From: a virus
Lineage: Duplodnaviria; Heunggongvirae; Uroviricota; Caudoviricetes
Length of the DNA: 64,000 bases
IMG/VR virus record: IMGVR_UViG_3300020451_002055
Strand: one strand, 5' to 3'
Shown here: in pieces, positions 1 to 10,618 of the stretch
How positions within the stretch are numbered: position 1 is the first letter of the stretch
Layout: each line of letters opens with the position of its first letter
Notes under the pieces: model-generated
What the model saw: the letters and a program-made list of their open reading frames with translations, nothing else
Told to the model about the DNA's origin: nothing
The model's database searches: none
Made by a program: the position numbers and the translations under genes

Positions 1-178
1 TTGTTCATTCGGGTCATTGCATGTTCCAGTATACCTCCTCGACTCTGACTTCTGATGGTTCGAGGATGATCAAACCCGCATTCTGCCTGACGCCCGAAGC
101 CGTCAAGCTCCTTCTCGAAGGAGGCAAGACGAGTGAGGAAGTTTTTGGTAAGGTGCAAAAACGAGAGGACGAAGCGTA

Positions 179-526
179 ATGGGATTCAGCTATTCATCCT
201 ACTTTGGACCCGCGATTATTGTCAAGGGAATGGGTCGAGGCTACTTCGACACCGAGGAGATCGACGAGCGTCTCTACGAAGGTCGAGGCGAGTTTACCGA
301 CTCTCAAGGTCGGAGGTTCTTGCTTCCCAACAGAGGCGGATACGCTTTCGATGTCACTCCGAGAGATGACTGCGAGAAAGAACCTGAAGTCATTCAGCCG
401 GACGACATTCAGAACAAGCTCGACAGGTTCAAGGCGGACTTCGCCAACGACATCGAATGGGTCCGCAAGCAGTATCCTGATGCGACGTTGGAGGTTCAGT
501 TCGTCTTGCTGATGGATGCCATGTAA
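179..526 (+). CDS. hypothetical protein
   Basis: ORF with GAGG SD upstream, codon usage like neighbours. Confidence 0.7.
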   Translation: MGFSYSSYFGPAIIVKGMGRGYFDTEEIDERLYEGRGEFTDSQGRRFLLPNRGGYAFDVTPRDDCEKEPEVIQPDDIQNKLDRFKADFANDIEWVRKQYPDATLEVQFVLLMDAM

Positions 527-700
527 GGAGAGCGTCATGAGCGAACGAGAGTTCAACAACATGCTTCTCGATATCGCCTTGCTCCATAGCAAAGGCAAGC
601 TCTTGTTCAAGCGTCCTCGTCTTTACAGAGGATGGGTCAAGCGAATCATCGGAGACACGACCATGTGGGTCGATGTCCGACCTTCTACCTGAGGTTTGTC

Positions 701-928
701 ATGAAGAAGATCAAAGTTTCATTGTCTCCGCAAGAGCATGATGCCATCATGGAAGCTCTCGGCGATCAGAAAGCCGGAGGAGCCCTTGGCGGAGCCATCC
801 GCAAGCTGAAAGACGCCAGAGAGACCTATGATGAGCAGGCGGCTGTTCGTAAACCATCGATGCAGAGCAGGAAATCTGGTCGAGCCGCTACCGGATTTTC
901 TCCTGTTGGACCGGGAGTCAAGAACTGA
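701..928 (+). CDS. hypothetical protein
   Basis: GAGG SD before ATG at 701 (MKKIKVSL...). Confidence 0.55.
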   Translation: MKKIKVSLSPQEHDAIMEALGDQKAGGALGGAIRKLKDARETYDEQAAVRKPSMQSRKSGRAATGFSPVGPGVKN

Positions 929-937
929 GGATCAACA

Positions 938-1606
938 ATGACGACTATGGACGCTATCATCGAGGGAGAACTCAAGGCCTTTCAGGTCGGCAAAAACATG
1001 CCGCCTCAAGGCGTAGCTCCTGCTATCGTTCTTGAGAACCCGAAGTACCCTCGCAACATCTCGATGGCGATCCGGGCAGCGTCATGCTACGGATGGAACC
1101 AAGTCTGGTATACCGGACAGCGGGTCAATCTCAGAGACCCAAGCAAGAATCTTGACGACGGGCTCGGTCGTCGGCGGGCTCGAAAAGCGGGCAAGCAGCC
1201 TCGTCTTCCGAGAGAAGAGCGAATGAAGCTATACTCTCATGTTCAGGTCCGCAACTACGACAAGCCCTTCGACCATTTCCCCGGAGCAACGCCGATCGCA
1301 GTCGAGCTTGCTGACGGGGCTCAGATGCTCCATCACTTTGAATGGCCGGAGAACCCGGTCTTGGTCTTTGGCCCCGAAGATGGAGGCGTCTCCAAGGTTT
1401 CCATGATGCATTGCCATGCAAGGGTCATCCTCCCGACTCGGGCATGCCTCAATCTAGCAACCGCTGTTGCAACCTGTCTTTACGACTGGTATTCTAAGGG
1501 AGTCATGAATGGCACGATTCCCGATCTCCGACCCGAAGAACTCTTGGCCGATGACCGCTGTTTCTTGAAAGATCAAGCAGACGGAGAACTCGACATTTTC
1601 GAATAG
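938..1606 (+). CDS. SpoU/TrmH-family (SPOUT) RNA 2'-O-methyltransferase
   Basis: SPOUT motifs VLENPKYPRNISMAIRAA, LVFGPEDGG, CLNLATA. Confidence 0.85.
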   Translation: MTTMDAIIEGELKAFQVGKNMPPQGVAPAIVLENPKYPRNISMAIRAASCYGWNQVWYTGQRVNLRDPSKNLDDGLGRRRARKAGKQPRLPREERMKLYSHVQVRNYDKPFDHFPGATPIAVELADGAQMLHHFEWPENPVLVFGPEDGGVSKVSMMHCHARVILPTRACLNLATAVATCLYDWYSKGVMNGTIPDLRPEELLADDRCFLKDQADGELDIFE

Positions 1607-1937
1607 GTTAGCATGCAAAATGCCCGAAACATCGCATCGCAAAATGCCGATATAGTAGATATAACGGCAGAACGTTTCAGTCAAGGCGAGATTCAGGCGT
1701 TTCTCTACTTCCTGCTTGCAAGTCTGGTTCTCTGCGTTGTCATGTATTGCATCGGCGCATTTATCTCCGCCCGAACTCATACCAGCTTTACTCTAACTCG
1801 CCGCCAAAGCTCTGGCGACAAGATGAGGAAGATCGACGAGGGCGAACTCTCTACGTTTGAACGAACAGAGCAGAAGACTCTACTACAGAAGCTTGCTATT
1901 TGGAACCTGCTCAGAAAGCCTAAAAGGAGTCGGAAGA

Positions 1938-2645
1938 ATGCTCATCAAACTCGTCCGTCACGGACAGTCTCAGACGAACTCGGGAGAGATACCTCACGGG
2001 TCGATTGGCGATCACAAGGTTCAGCTAACATCTCTTGGCCAGAGCCAAGCTCTCGAAGCGGGTCAAAAACTTCGGGATAGCGGCTTTGACTTTGACAACT
2101 GTCTTCTCTACTCGTCGCCGTATGCCCGAGCGATCGAGACCATGAACCATCTGCTCATCGGGGCGCAGATCGACGAGGCGGATCATCGCATCTACCAAGA
2201 TCCTCGCCTGCGAGAGGTGGATCATGGCTACAGCGACGTAGAGGCTCAAGAAGCCATGCGAAAAGAGCATGGATGGTTCTTCTACCGTTTCAAGGGCGGA
2301 GAGTCGCCAGCGGACTGCTACGACCGCTGTTGCCATTTTCTTGAGAGCATGATGCGGCAAATCGCCAGGAAGACGCCGGATCGACCCCTATTCGACGCTG
2401 AAATCACCGACAACAGACCAAATCCACTGATTGTCATGCATGGACTTACCATGCGATGCTTCGTTACCCGATGGATGCACTTGACGGTTGACCAGTTCGA
2501 GACACTCGCCAACCCCAAGAACTGCGACATCGTTACCATCGGGCACTACGAGCGTCTGGATAATCCGCAGTTCCGTCTTGGAAAATGGGGCGTTGAAGGC
2601 CTACGATTCCGAGAGTCAGACAAGGAAATGAGCGCATTGACATGA
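1938..2645 (+). CDS. histidine phosphatase (phosphoglycerate mutase family)
   Basis: LVRHGQS, SSPYARA, LREVDHG, GGES, VMHG motifs; AGGAG SD before ATG 1938. Confidence 0.9.
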   Translation: MLIKLVRHGQSQTNSGEIPHGSIGDHKVQLTSLGQSQALEAGQKLRDSGFDFDNCLLYSSPYARAIETMNHLLIGAQIDEADHRIYQDPRLREVDHGYSDVEAQEAMRKEHGWFFYRFKGGESPADCYDRCCHFLESMMRQIARKTPDRPLFDAEITDNRPNPLIVMHGLTMRCFVTRWMHLTVDQFETLANPKNCDIVTIGHYERLDNPQFRLGKWGVEGLRFRESDKEMSALT

Positions 2646-3412
2646 AAGCTGCCCTCCTCGCCATTCTGCTCGCAACAACCGCTTCGGGTCAAGTCATCGA
2701 CCATGAGCGAGATGTCTTCATTGACCATGAAGGAAATGTCGGACCCAACCTCTTTGCGTCTGGTCCGAGCGATGCGGAACTCGACCTGTCGATGGGCGAG
2801 GATGCTTGGCAGTTTCTTACGCCCGCGAGAAAGCGAATCCTTGAAAGGTACGCAAAGACATGCTACCGAGACTTCGAGGGCGAGATTTGGACGACATGGT
2901 TCTCGACGCAGATTAAGCGTCAAGACGAAGAGTACCTTGGACGCAACCCTCTTTGGTGGTTCAATCTGAACCGACAGTTCGGCGGCAATCAGTATCGACC
3001 TGTTGCTGAGGACGCCGAACCGATCTCTGCCAAAGAACTGCTCGGAGCGATGATTAACGAGGAGATCAAGCTCGTTCGATTCATCCGAGACAAGAGGGAA
3101 ACCCGAGGGCCGGTGTATCAAAGAGTCCTGGTTACAACCAACGGCTCGAAGAACTACGACGGCGATTACTCAATCCCTGAAAAGCAAGGGCCGGACGATC
3201 GCGGCGGTCTTTGGATCTATCGGAACCGTCGCGTTGACGGACCAGAATATGAGCCCATTTGGACCTTCCGAGAGCAGCGGTTTCCGACCGAGATTCTCGA
3301 ACGAAGGGTTAGCAGGTGGCGCGAGGAGAGCGATAATGGCGACCATGGTAAACGGAACTCTGACGGATCAGGCTTGGCTGAAAGAGATGGAGGCGATGAG
3401 CCCGAGAGATAG
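2642..3412 (+). CDS. hypothetical secreted protein
   Basis: N-terminal signal-peptide-like MKAALLAILLATTASG; ATGA overlap with previous gene. Confidence 0.6.
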   Translation: MKAALLAILLATTASGQVIDHERDVFIDHEGNVGPNLFASGPSDAELDLSMGEDAWQFLTPARKRILERYAKTCYRDFEGEIWTTWFSTQIKRQDEEYLGRNPLWWFNLNRQFGGNQYRPVAEDAEPISAKELLGAMINEEIKLVRFIRDKRETRGPVYQRVLVTTNGSKNYDGDYSIPEKQGPDDRGGLWIYRNRRVDGPEYEPIWTFREQRFPTEILERRVSRWREESDNGDHGKRNSDGSGLAERDGGDEPER

Positions 3413-3956
3413 GGCCAAGAAGCTTGCATTCGCGGCCCATGCCGATCAGTTTAGAGACGACGGCCAAGCCTATATCATTCACCCCTCAAGCGTTGTCGAT
3501 CGAATCGAGGCCGCAGGATGCAGCGATGAAAGAGTCATCTGCGCTGCATGGCTGCATGATGTTGTCGAAGACACAGAATGGACAAGCGGTCATATTGAAA
3601 TGCTCTTCGGCGAAGAGATCGCCGAAATTGTTGACCAGTTGACGCTTCCGGTTCCAGATCGATGGCCGCACAACTTCCATCAAGGGCGGGAGTTGAAGAC
3701 GCTAGCTCTGATGGGCAAGGCAACAATCATGTCTCCCGCCGCTAAGGTTATCAAGATCGCAGATCGCATCGATAACCTGAGTTCTGCCAAGGGAACTTGG
3801 AAGGCATCAAGGCTTGCTGCGTATGCAGTCCAAGCAGACCGTTTCTTGCAAGCCATGGAACTGACAACAACTCCCGAGATGGAGTTTTATAGAGCATACC
3901 AGGAACTTCTGACCCAAGTCAGAGACATCATCAGCAGCATCCAACAAGGACAATAA
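3336..3956 (+). CDS. HD-domain (p)ppGpp hydrolase-like protein (small alarmone hydrolase/Mesh1 type)
   Basis: AH..QFR...YIIHP, AAWLHDVVEDT, IKIADRIDNL motifs of RelA/SpoT hydrolase domain. Confidence 0.85.
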   Translation: MATMVNGTLTDQAWLKEMEAMSPRDRAKKLAFAAHADQFRDDGQAYIIHPSSVVDRIEAAGCSDERVICAAWLHDVVEDTEWTSGHIEMLFGEEIAEIVDQLTLPVPDRWPHNFHQGRELKTLALMGKATIMSPAAKVIKIADRIDNLSSAKGTWKASRLAAYAVQADRFLQAMELTTTPEMEFYRAYQELLTQVRDIISSIQQGQ

Positions 3957-4224
3957 CTTGTTTAAGCAAATTGCCAACTTCAAACACAAGGAACCTCAAA
4001 AGGTCATCTCTGAGAATGGAGACAAGGGGGCCGGAGAGGTGATTTGCTCATGCGGGCACCAATTCACTCATGACCTGTTTCATAACATGCAGGCATACAT
4101 GGGCTTCATTTATCCCGTTTGTCCTGAATGCGGGGTTGTCCCTTCTTCTACTACAAGGCGATGCGACCTGTAGGTATTGCTCTGGCTTGCCGAAAAAGAA
4201 GTATCACTTCTTTGGAGGCAACTC

Positions 4225-4449
4225 ATGGCTCAAGCAATTCTCTACGTCGTTGGTGCCGATGGCACGTTTACCGTAACGGAACCCGATCTAACTGGTAAGG
4301 CTATCGTTGATGTCATCATTCCTGATGGCCTTCCATTGTCGTTTGCTGTCAACCAGCTATCTGCATTGATTCAGCAGTTCAACTTTCCAGGTAATCCTCC
4401 AGTCGATTATTCGCTCGTTATCTTTCGGGTAACAGTCGGATCAGCGTGA
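4225..4449 (+). CDS. small hypothetical protein
   Basis: GGAGG SD before ATG GCT CAA. Confidence 0.55.
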   Translation: MAQAILYVVGADGTFTVTEPDLTGKAIVDVIIPDGLPLSFAVNQLSALIQQFNFPGNPPVDYSLVIFRVTVGSA

Positions 4450-4648
4450 TTCATTGAAGGGCATTGACGAGCAATGCCGAATGGGGTATGATGGACGAGG
4501 TAAAGGCTCGCTTCGCTGAGTATGCGAGGCGAGAGAAAGAAATAAGGGATGCTCGAATCCGAGAACTCCCTTGGAACGAGCGATGGATGTTTTTGACGAT
4601 CGGAGATATCGTCGGATTCTTCGCTCAAAGTTACAGGAGGCTATACCG

Positions 4649-5011
4649 ATGGCTTAGAATGATGTAAACCAAGAAACTCAGTACCTTTATGTGCTTGTGC
4701 GGTCTGACCTGAGTCCCGCTCAACAAGCAGTCCAAAGCTGCCATGCAGTTCTCGAAGCGGGTAACGTCTTCTACGACCCGTAGACTCAGGACCATCCACA
4801 TCTGATTATACTCTCTGTCCGCGACGAACGAGCCTTGTTCAAGGCAGCGTCGAAGCTATCCAATTCTGGCTACGATTTCAGAGAGTTCAGAGAACCTGAC
4901 ATTGGAAATGAGTTGACCGCAATCGCTTGCAGACCTGTCTGCGGCGAGAAGCGATCGTTGTTTAGTAACTACCCGCTGATGGGTAATGGTATCGTTGCGC
5001 ATTCAAAGTAA
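4649..5011 (+). CDS. Pth2-like peptidyl-tRNA hydrolase containing two in-frame TAG codons (4655-4657, 4781-4783)
   Basis: Manual translation: MA*NDVNQETQYLYVLVRSDLSPAQQAVQSCHAVLEAG...DP*TQDHPHLIILSVRDE...FREPDIGNELTAIA; VR.DL...AQ..HA is the Pth2 signature; AGGAGG SD. Confidence 0.8.
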
Positions 5012-5023
5012 AAGGAGAATACA

Positions 5024-5617
5024 ATGCAACAGGAAATGACAATCAACGCAAATGGCACTGAGACTTTCAAGAGCAACTGGGGCTACCACCCTTGCGATCA
5101 TGAGACGTTCCGCAAGATCAAGAAGCTCCGCCGCTATTACTACGAGTCTCTCCCGAAAGCTGCGGCCTACTACCGATGGGCTCGAAAGGCAGAGCATAAC
5201 CGCAAGGGCAACGAGCCTTCGGTTCCTCCTGTCTTCTGCGAGATCGTTCCGGCCAATGGTCATGGGAGAAAGCTCGACAACAGCAACTTCAACCCGAAGA
5301 TGGGCTACACGAGTTCCGAAAGAACCATCGGCAAGTCGTTCTGGATCAAGTGCGACAAGGGCGAAGGTTTTATCTACTCGATCCCTATGGGATACAAGCC
5401 CGAACTGGTCGAGAGCAAATGGGGAAACTACACTGTTCAGCGACCAGCCGGTCTCAACCATGACAAGACTGTCGTTGTTGAAGACCTGGATATCAATGCT
5501 CTTTACGAGCGGGCACGAATGCCTCAAGAATCGCCCGACAAGGTTGTGAAGCTCTATCTCAGCGTCGAAGAAATCGACGATATGTTGAGTGAACTCGAAC
5601 AGTTCTTCGGGCACTAA
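5024..5617 (+). CDS. hypothetical protein
   Basis: AAGGAG SD, 197 aa ORF. Confidence 0.75.
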   Translation: MQQEMTINANGTETFKSNWGYHPCDHETFRKIKKLRRYYYESLPKAAAYYRWARKAEHNRKGNEPSVPPVFCEIVPANGHGRKLDNSNFNPKMGYTSSERTIGKSFWIKCDKGEGFIYSIPMGYKPELVESKWGNYTVQRPAGLNHDKTVVVEDLDINALYERARMPQESPDKVVKLYLSVEEIDDMLSELEQFFGH

Positions 5618-5724
5618 TACTCAACCATGCCACTCGGAAACGGGCGGCATGGCATTACAGGTGCAGGCGAGTTCGAGTAAAATGTTCTTCGAGTAAAAGT
5701 CTGCCATCAGAATCAGGTAACAGA

Positions 5725-7626
5725 ATGACGCAAACTTCAACCGCATATGACGGATCGTCTATCCAAGTCCTCAAAGGTCTCGAAGCTGTCCGGATGCGTC
5801 CGGGCATGTATATCGGGGACTCAGGTAAAAAGGGGCTCCATCACCTCGTATGGGAAATCGTTGACAACGCCGTCGATGAGGCGATGGCAGGTCATTGCGA
5901 TCGCATCAGTATCGAGATCGCGGAAGACGGAGAAACGGTCTCTGTTGAGGACAATGGTCGAGGCATTCCGGTTGACATGCATCCAACCGAGAAGAAACCG
6001 ACTCTCGAAGTCGTTCTGACAACGCTTCACGCAGGCGGTAAGTTTGGCGGTTCAGGATATACGGCCTCCGGCGGTCTTCATGGCGTCGGGGCGTCTTGCG
6101 TGACGGCCCTCAGCGAAAAGATGGTCGCTACCGTCTGCCGAGACAAGAGCGTCTACGAGATGACATTCTCCCGAGGCGGCGTCGTCAAACAGATGAAGAA
6201 GGTCGGCCCCATGAAGCGAGGCCAGAAGAATGGCACTCGCATCGAATGGAGAGCGGACCCGGAAATCTTCAAGGCTGGCGTTGAGCTTGATGAAAAGGTT
6301 CTTGTCAACCGACTTAGAGAAGTCGCATACCTCAACCGAGGACTGACCGTCGCCTTCGAGAACAAGAAGACGGGCACGAAGTACGAGTTCATGTTCGAGG
6401 GCGGCATCGCCGACTATGTTTCGTACCTCGTCGAAGACAAGTCCGGTCAATACCCGAGCGAACCCATCTTTATCGAGGGTCAAGAAGATGACATGAGGGT
6501 TCAGATTGCTCTCATGTATACGGAAGACGAAGACGAGACCGTACTGACCTTCTGCAACAACATCAATACCGTCGATGGCGGAACGCACCTCTCCGGATTC
6601 CGTTCAGCTTTGACCAGAGTCATCAATAACTTCTACAAGTCGGTTGGAGGCAAGAAAGACAAGGATGACAATCTCGGCGGCAACGATGTCCGAGAGGGAT
6701 TGACCGCCGTTGTCAGCGTTCTCGTTCCCCAGCCCGAACTCGTCGGACAGACAAAGGCGAAGCTCGGAACGGTCAAGGCGGAAGGCGTTACCAGTTCTGT
6801 TACCACAGAGCAGTTGACCGCTTTCTTCGAGAAGAACGCTCCGATCGTCAAGCAGATCATCGAGAGAGCAAAGCTTGCTCAGAGGGCTCGCAATGCCGCT
6901 CGCAAGTCTGCGGACATCATCAAGCGAAAGGGAGTCTTCGGGAGCAGCGGGGGTATGCCCGGTAAGCTCTACGACTGCCAGGCGAAGGATCGCAGCACGA
7001 CCGAACTCTATATCGTCGAGGGCGACTCGGCTGCCGGTTCTGCAAAGGGCGGCAGAGACGCATCGACTCAGGCGGTCATGCCTATCCGAGGTAAAATGAT
7101 CAATGCTGAGAAGCATGGAATAGCTGCTCTTCTCAAGAACAAAGAAGTAGTCGATCTCATCAAGGCCATCGGTACTGGCGTCAAAGATGATTTCGACATC
7201 GACAAGCTGAGGTACGGCAAGATCATCATTATGGCCGACGCCGATGATGACGGCTCGCACATCGCTACGCTTCTGATGACATTCTTCTTCCGCTTTATGA
7301 AGCCGCTTGTTACCGGCGGGCACCTTTATATTGCTATGCCGCCTCTCTATGTCGTTCGCAAGGGCAGTAAATCCATCTACTGCTGGAACGATAAAGACAA
7401 AGACGATGCCCTTAGCAAAATGGCAGGCGGCAAAGTGACTCGATTCAAGGGTCTTGGCGAAATGGATGAAGAACAGCTTGGAGACACGACGATGGACCCG
7501 GACAACCGGCGACTCGTTCGTCTCGAAGTCAACGATTTGGCCGAGGCTGAGAAGGTTGTTTCTGTTCTTATGGGAACGAACGTCGCTGCTCGCAAAGAAC
7601 GACTCAAAGAAAACATCAACGAGTAA
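5725..7626 (+). CDS. gyrB: DNA gyrase subunit B
   Basis: GLEAVRMRPGMYIG, EIVDNAVDE, GGLHGVG, IVEGDSA, DADDDG, RFKGLGEM. Confidence 0.97.
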   Translation: MTQTSTAYDGSSIQVLKGLEAVRMRPGMYIGDSGKKGLHHLVWEIVDNAVDEAMAGHCDRISIEIAEDGETVSVEDNGRGIPVDMHPTEKKPTLEVVLTTLHAGGKFGGSGYTASGGLHGVGASCVTALSEKMVATVCRDKSVYEMTFSRGGVVKQMKKVGPMKRGQKNGTRIEWRADPEIFKAGVELDEKVLVNRLREVAYLNRGLTVAFENKKTGTKYEFMFEGGIADYVSYLVEDKSGQYPSEPIFIEGQEDDMRVQIALMYTEDEDETVLTFCNNINTVDGGTHLSGFRSALTRVINNFYKSVGGKKDKDDNLGGNDVREGLTAVVSVLVPQPELVGQTKAKLGTVKAEGVTSSVTTEQLTAFFEKNAPIVKQIIERAKLAQRARNAARKSADIIKRKGVFGSSGGMPGKLYDCQAKDRSTTELYIVEGDSAAGSAKGGRDASTQAVMPIRGKMINAEKHGIAALLKNKEVVDLIKAIGTGVKDDFDIDKLRYGKIIIMADADDDGSHIATLLMTFFFRFMKPLVTGGHLYIAMPPLYVVRKGSKSIYCWNDKDKDDALSKMAGGKVTRFKGLGEMDEEQLGDTTMDPDNRRLVRLEVNDLAEAEKVVSVLMGTNVAARKERLKENINE

Positions 7627-7629
7627 AAT

Positions 7630-8157
7630 ATGGCTGGCGGATTCAATCCAATCAAAGTTCAGGTCATTGATGGGACATGCTCTATCTATGTCGATGATGT
7701 CCTAGTTGCGAGCTATAACTCAGAAGAGTTTACTCAAGACCCGGATAAAATCAAGCCTGTTCTCGGCGAGTTTGGCATAGAAAGAATCGATATGCCGCTC
7801 GGTCTTTATCTGCTCGATGGAAGATGCATATATGTCTTCCGTAAGACGCCGTACCGCTTTCTAGAAAATCGAAACATGAAGGCTACCTATGTCTACAAGT
7901 ATTTCGATATTGGTCGAGCAGCATGCACGGACAGCGCGATTCAAATCGGCACTCTTCTTGATACCGATTATGCACTGAAGCGAATGCTCAAGATCAATGA
8001 TGAGAATCAGCTTCGGCAGCTACTTATGATTCCAAAGATCATTCTTCGAACGCTAAAAAATCAACAATCGGCCATTGAGGAAGTGATCTCAATCATCGAC
8101 AACATTGAAAACCCGGAAACGGAAGAAGATACAGAGGAAACCGATGACAACAGCTAA
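7630..8157 (+). CDS. hypothetical protein between gyrB and gyrA
   Basis: 175 aa ORF tightly packed between the two subunit genes. Confidence 0.7.
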   Translation: MAGGFNPIKVQVIDGTCSIYVDDVLVASYNSEEFTQDPDKIKPVLGEFGIERIDMPLGLYLLDGRCIYVFRKTPYRFLENRNMKATYVYKYFDIGRAACTDSAIQIGTLLDTDYALKRMLKINDENQLRQLLMIPKIILRTLKNQQSAIEEVISIIDNIENPETEEDTEETDDNS

Positions 8158-10603
8158 CATCATCTCCGGCTCGTTTGCGGGCGAGATCGACTCCAACTTT
8201 ACCCGATACGCCTATTTGACAATCGAAGACCGGGCACTGCCCGATGCAAGAGACGGTCTCAAACCGTCGCAGCGTCGTCTTCTTGTCTCCATGAACGATC
8301 TCAAGCTCCGTCCTAGCGGGGCTCCGAAGAAGTGTGCCAAGATCTGCGGTCAAACGAGCGGCGATTACCACCCTCACGGCGAACAGGTCGTTTACCCGAC
8401 TCTCGTCCGTATGGCTCAGCATTGGGTCATGCGTCATCCTCTCGCCATGCCTCAGGGCAACTTCGGCAATATCGATGGCGACCCGCCCGCTGCTATGCGT
8501 TATACGGAGTCAAAACTGTCTCCCGTGGCGATGCTGCTGCTCGATGATCTGAGCAAAGATGTTGTTGATTTCGCTCCCAACTACAATGAGGAACTCGAAG
8601 AACCAACCGTTCTTCCCTCGAAGATTCCGAACCTGCTTATCAACGGAGCTTCGGGTATTGCTGTTGGTTATGCAACGAACATGGCCCCTCATAACCTTGG
8701 CGAAGTCCTCGCTGCAACCAAGGCCTACATCGAAGACCCGGACATCACGGTCGAAGATGTCATGACGATCATGCCGGGTCCAGATTTCCCCAACGGCGGC
8801 AAGATTCTCGGCAAGTCCGGCATCCGAGACTACTACAAGACGGGCCGGGGCTCTGTCAAACTCGAAGGCTCATGGGAAATCATCGAGAAGAAGGGTAAGT
8901 CGCAGATCATTATTCGCGAACTGCCTTACATGACGGGTCCGACTGAGTTCCTCAACCAGCTTGTTGCTCTTGTCGAAGCTGGCGATCTCAACGGCATCTC
9001 TGACGCCCGAGACCTGACTTCCAAGAAGAACGGCCTCTGCGTTCAGATCGACCTGTCAAAGGGCACGTCGCCCGACTTGGTTCTTGCTACGCTGCAGAAG
9101 CGAACGTGCCTGAGGAAGACATTCTCTGTCAATCAGACCGTCATGGTCGATGGCGAACTCAATGAGTCGTTGCCAATCATCGACCTGATCAAGACCTTCG
9201 TCGAGTTCAGAGAGCTTTGCATTACTCGAAAGCTCGAAGCAGAGCGCAACGAGAACCTCAGGCGTACCGAGATCGTTGACGGTTACATTCAGGCGACAAA
9301 GCAGCTTGATAAGGCCATTCAGATCATCAGAGATGCCGACGACCCTGAAGAGGCAAAGCGAGGGCTGCTCGGAGCGAACATCGTCAAGACCGAGAGACAG
9401 GCGGACGCCGTTCTGAGCATGACGCTCCGCTCTCTGACCAAGCTCGAAGCCTCGAACCTCAAGGAGGAGCTTCAGTCGCTCAAGGACCGCAAGGATTGGC
9501 TTGATGGCGTCATCGGCAACTCGGTCGAGACCCGCAAGATCATTATCGAAGAGATCGACGAGATTTCCAAGAAGCATGCCAATGAACGTCGGAGCATCAT
9601 CGACATCGATCCGACCGACATCAGCGAAGAAGACCTGATCGAAGACGAGAGAGTTATGATCTCGCTGTCCGGCGAGGGTTACGTCAAGCGTATCCCAACC
9701 GAAGAGTATCGCCTGCAGAAGAGGGGCGGCTCTGGTAGCCGTAGCTCAGGTAAGAAGACGCAAGACGGCGCTGTCGAGATGTTTGAAGGCTCAACGAAGG
9801 ACATTCTGTTCTTCTTCACCAACCGAGGACGAGTCTTCCAGAGGAAGGCATACGAGATTCCTCAGGCGAGCAAGACTTCGAGAGGCATGCATGTCTCGAA
9901 CATGCTTGACCTGAATCCGGAAGAAGTCGTTACGAACATGGTCTCCGTTGCGGAGATTCCGGAAGACGGCTACCTCGTCATGGTTACAAAGAACGGGTTC
10001 ATCAAGCGTTCGAGGATTCAGGATTACGACTCGAACCGCCGCAACTCTGGCATCAACGGAATCAAGCTCGATGATGGCGATGAGGTTGCATATGTCTTGC
10101 CAACGAACGGTTCATATGACATCTTCATTGTTACCGAACAGGGCAACGCCATTCGCTACTCTGAAGATATCATCAGAGTCCAAGGCCGAGCAACTCGCGG
10201 CTCTCGGGCACTCAAGCTCAATCCGGGCGATCGGGTTGCTCAGACCTTTACTCTTGATCCTGACTCGAATCCCGATGTCTTTGTCATCACCTCTGCCGGA
10301 TACGGCAAGAAGACTTCCGCAGACCAGTACCGCTCATCCGGCAGCCGAAATGTCAAGGGATGCGCGGTTCTCAAGAAGGATGCTCTCAAGTCGAGAGGCG
10401 GAACGCTTGTCGGGGCATGCGCTCTCTATGGCGGCGAATCCTTGCTCGCTCTGACCAAGATGGGGCAAGCGATCCGATTCGCAGAGAAGGATATCCGAAG
10501 CACCGGACGGACTACGGGCGGCGTCAGAGTCGTCAAACTGACTGATGGCGATGCGGTCGTCAAGCTCGCTACGCTTGCTGCTGAGGAAGAAGACGAAGAC
10601 TGA
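8144..10603 (+). CDS. gyrA: DNA gyrase subunit A
   Basis: RALPDARDGLKP, YHPHG, AAMRYTE, GyrA-box QKRGGSG, C-terminal pinwheel repeats. Confidence 0.97.
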   Translation: MTTANIISGSFAGEIDSNFTRYAYLTIEDRALPDARDGLKPSQRRLLVSMNDLKLRPSGAPKKCAKICGQTSGDYHPHGEQVVYPTLVRMAQHWVMRHPLAMPQGNFGNIDGDPPAAMRYTESKLSPVAMLLLDDLSKDVVDFAPNYNEELEEPTVLPSKIPNLLINGASGIAVGYATNMAPHNLGEVLAATKAYIEDPDITVEDVMTIMPGPDFPNGGKILGKSGIRDYYKTGRGSVKLEGSWEIIEKKGKSQIIIRELPYMTGPTEFLNQLVALVEAGDLNGISDARDLTSKKNGLCVQIDLSKGTSPDLVLATLQKRTCLRKTFSVNQTVMVDGELNESLPIIDLIKTFVEFRELCITRKLEAERNENLRRTEIVDGYIQATKQLDKAIQIIRDADDPEEAKRGLLGANIVKTERQADAVLSMTLRSLTKLEASNLKEELQSLKDRKDWLDGVIGNSVETRKIIIEEIDEISKKHANERRSIIDIDPTDISEEDLIEDERVMISLSGEGYVKRIPTEEYRLQKRGGSGSRSSGKKTQDGAVEMFEGSTKDILFFFTNRGRVFQRKAYEIPQASKTSRGMHVSNMLDLNPEEVVTNMVSVAEIPEDGYLVMVTKNGFIKRSRIQDYDSNRRNSGINGIKLDDGDEVAYVLPTNGSYDIFIVTEQGNAIRYSEDIIRVQGRATRGSRALKLNPGDRVAQTFTLDPDSNPDVFVITSAGYGKKTSADQYRSSGSRNVKGCAVLKKDALKSRGGTLVGACALYGGESLLALTKMGQAIRFAEKDIRSTGRTTGGVRVVKLTDGDAVVKLATLAAEEEDED

Positions 10604-10618
10604 ATGTGAAGACTATCT

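Noticed and set aside
938-2080. TAG readthrough fusing the SPOUT methylase to ORF 1613
   Set aside because: The SPOUT domain is complete before the TAG, so the in-frame neighbour is probably chance.
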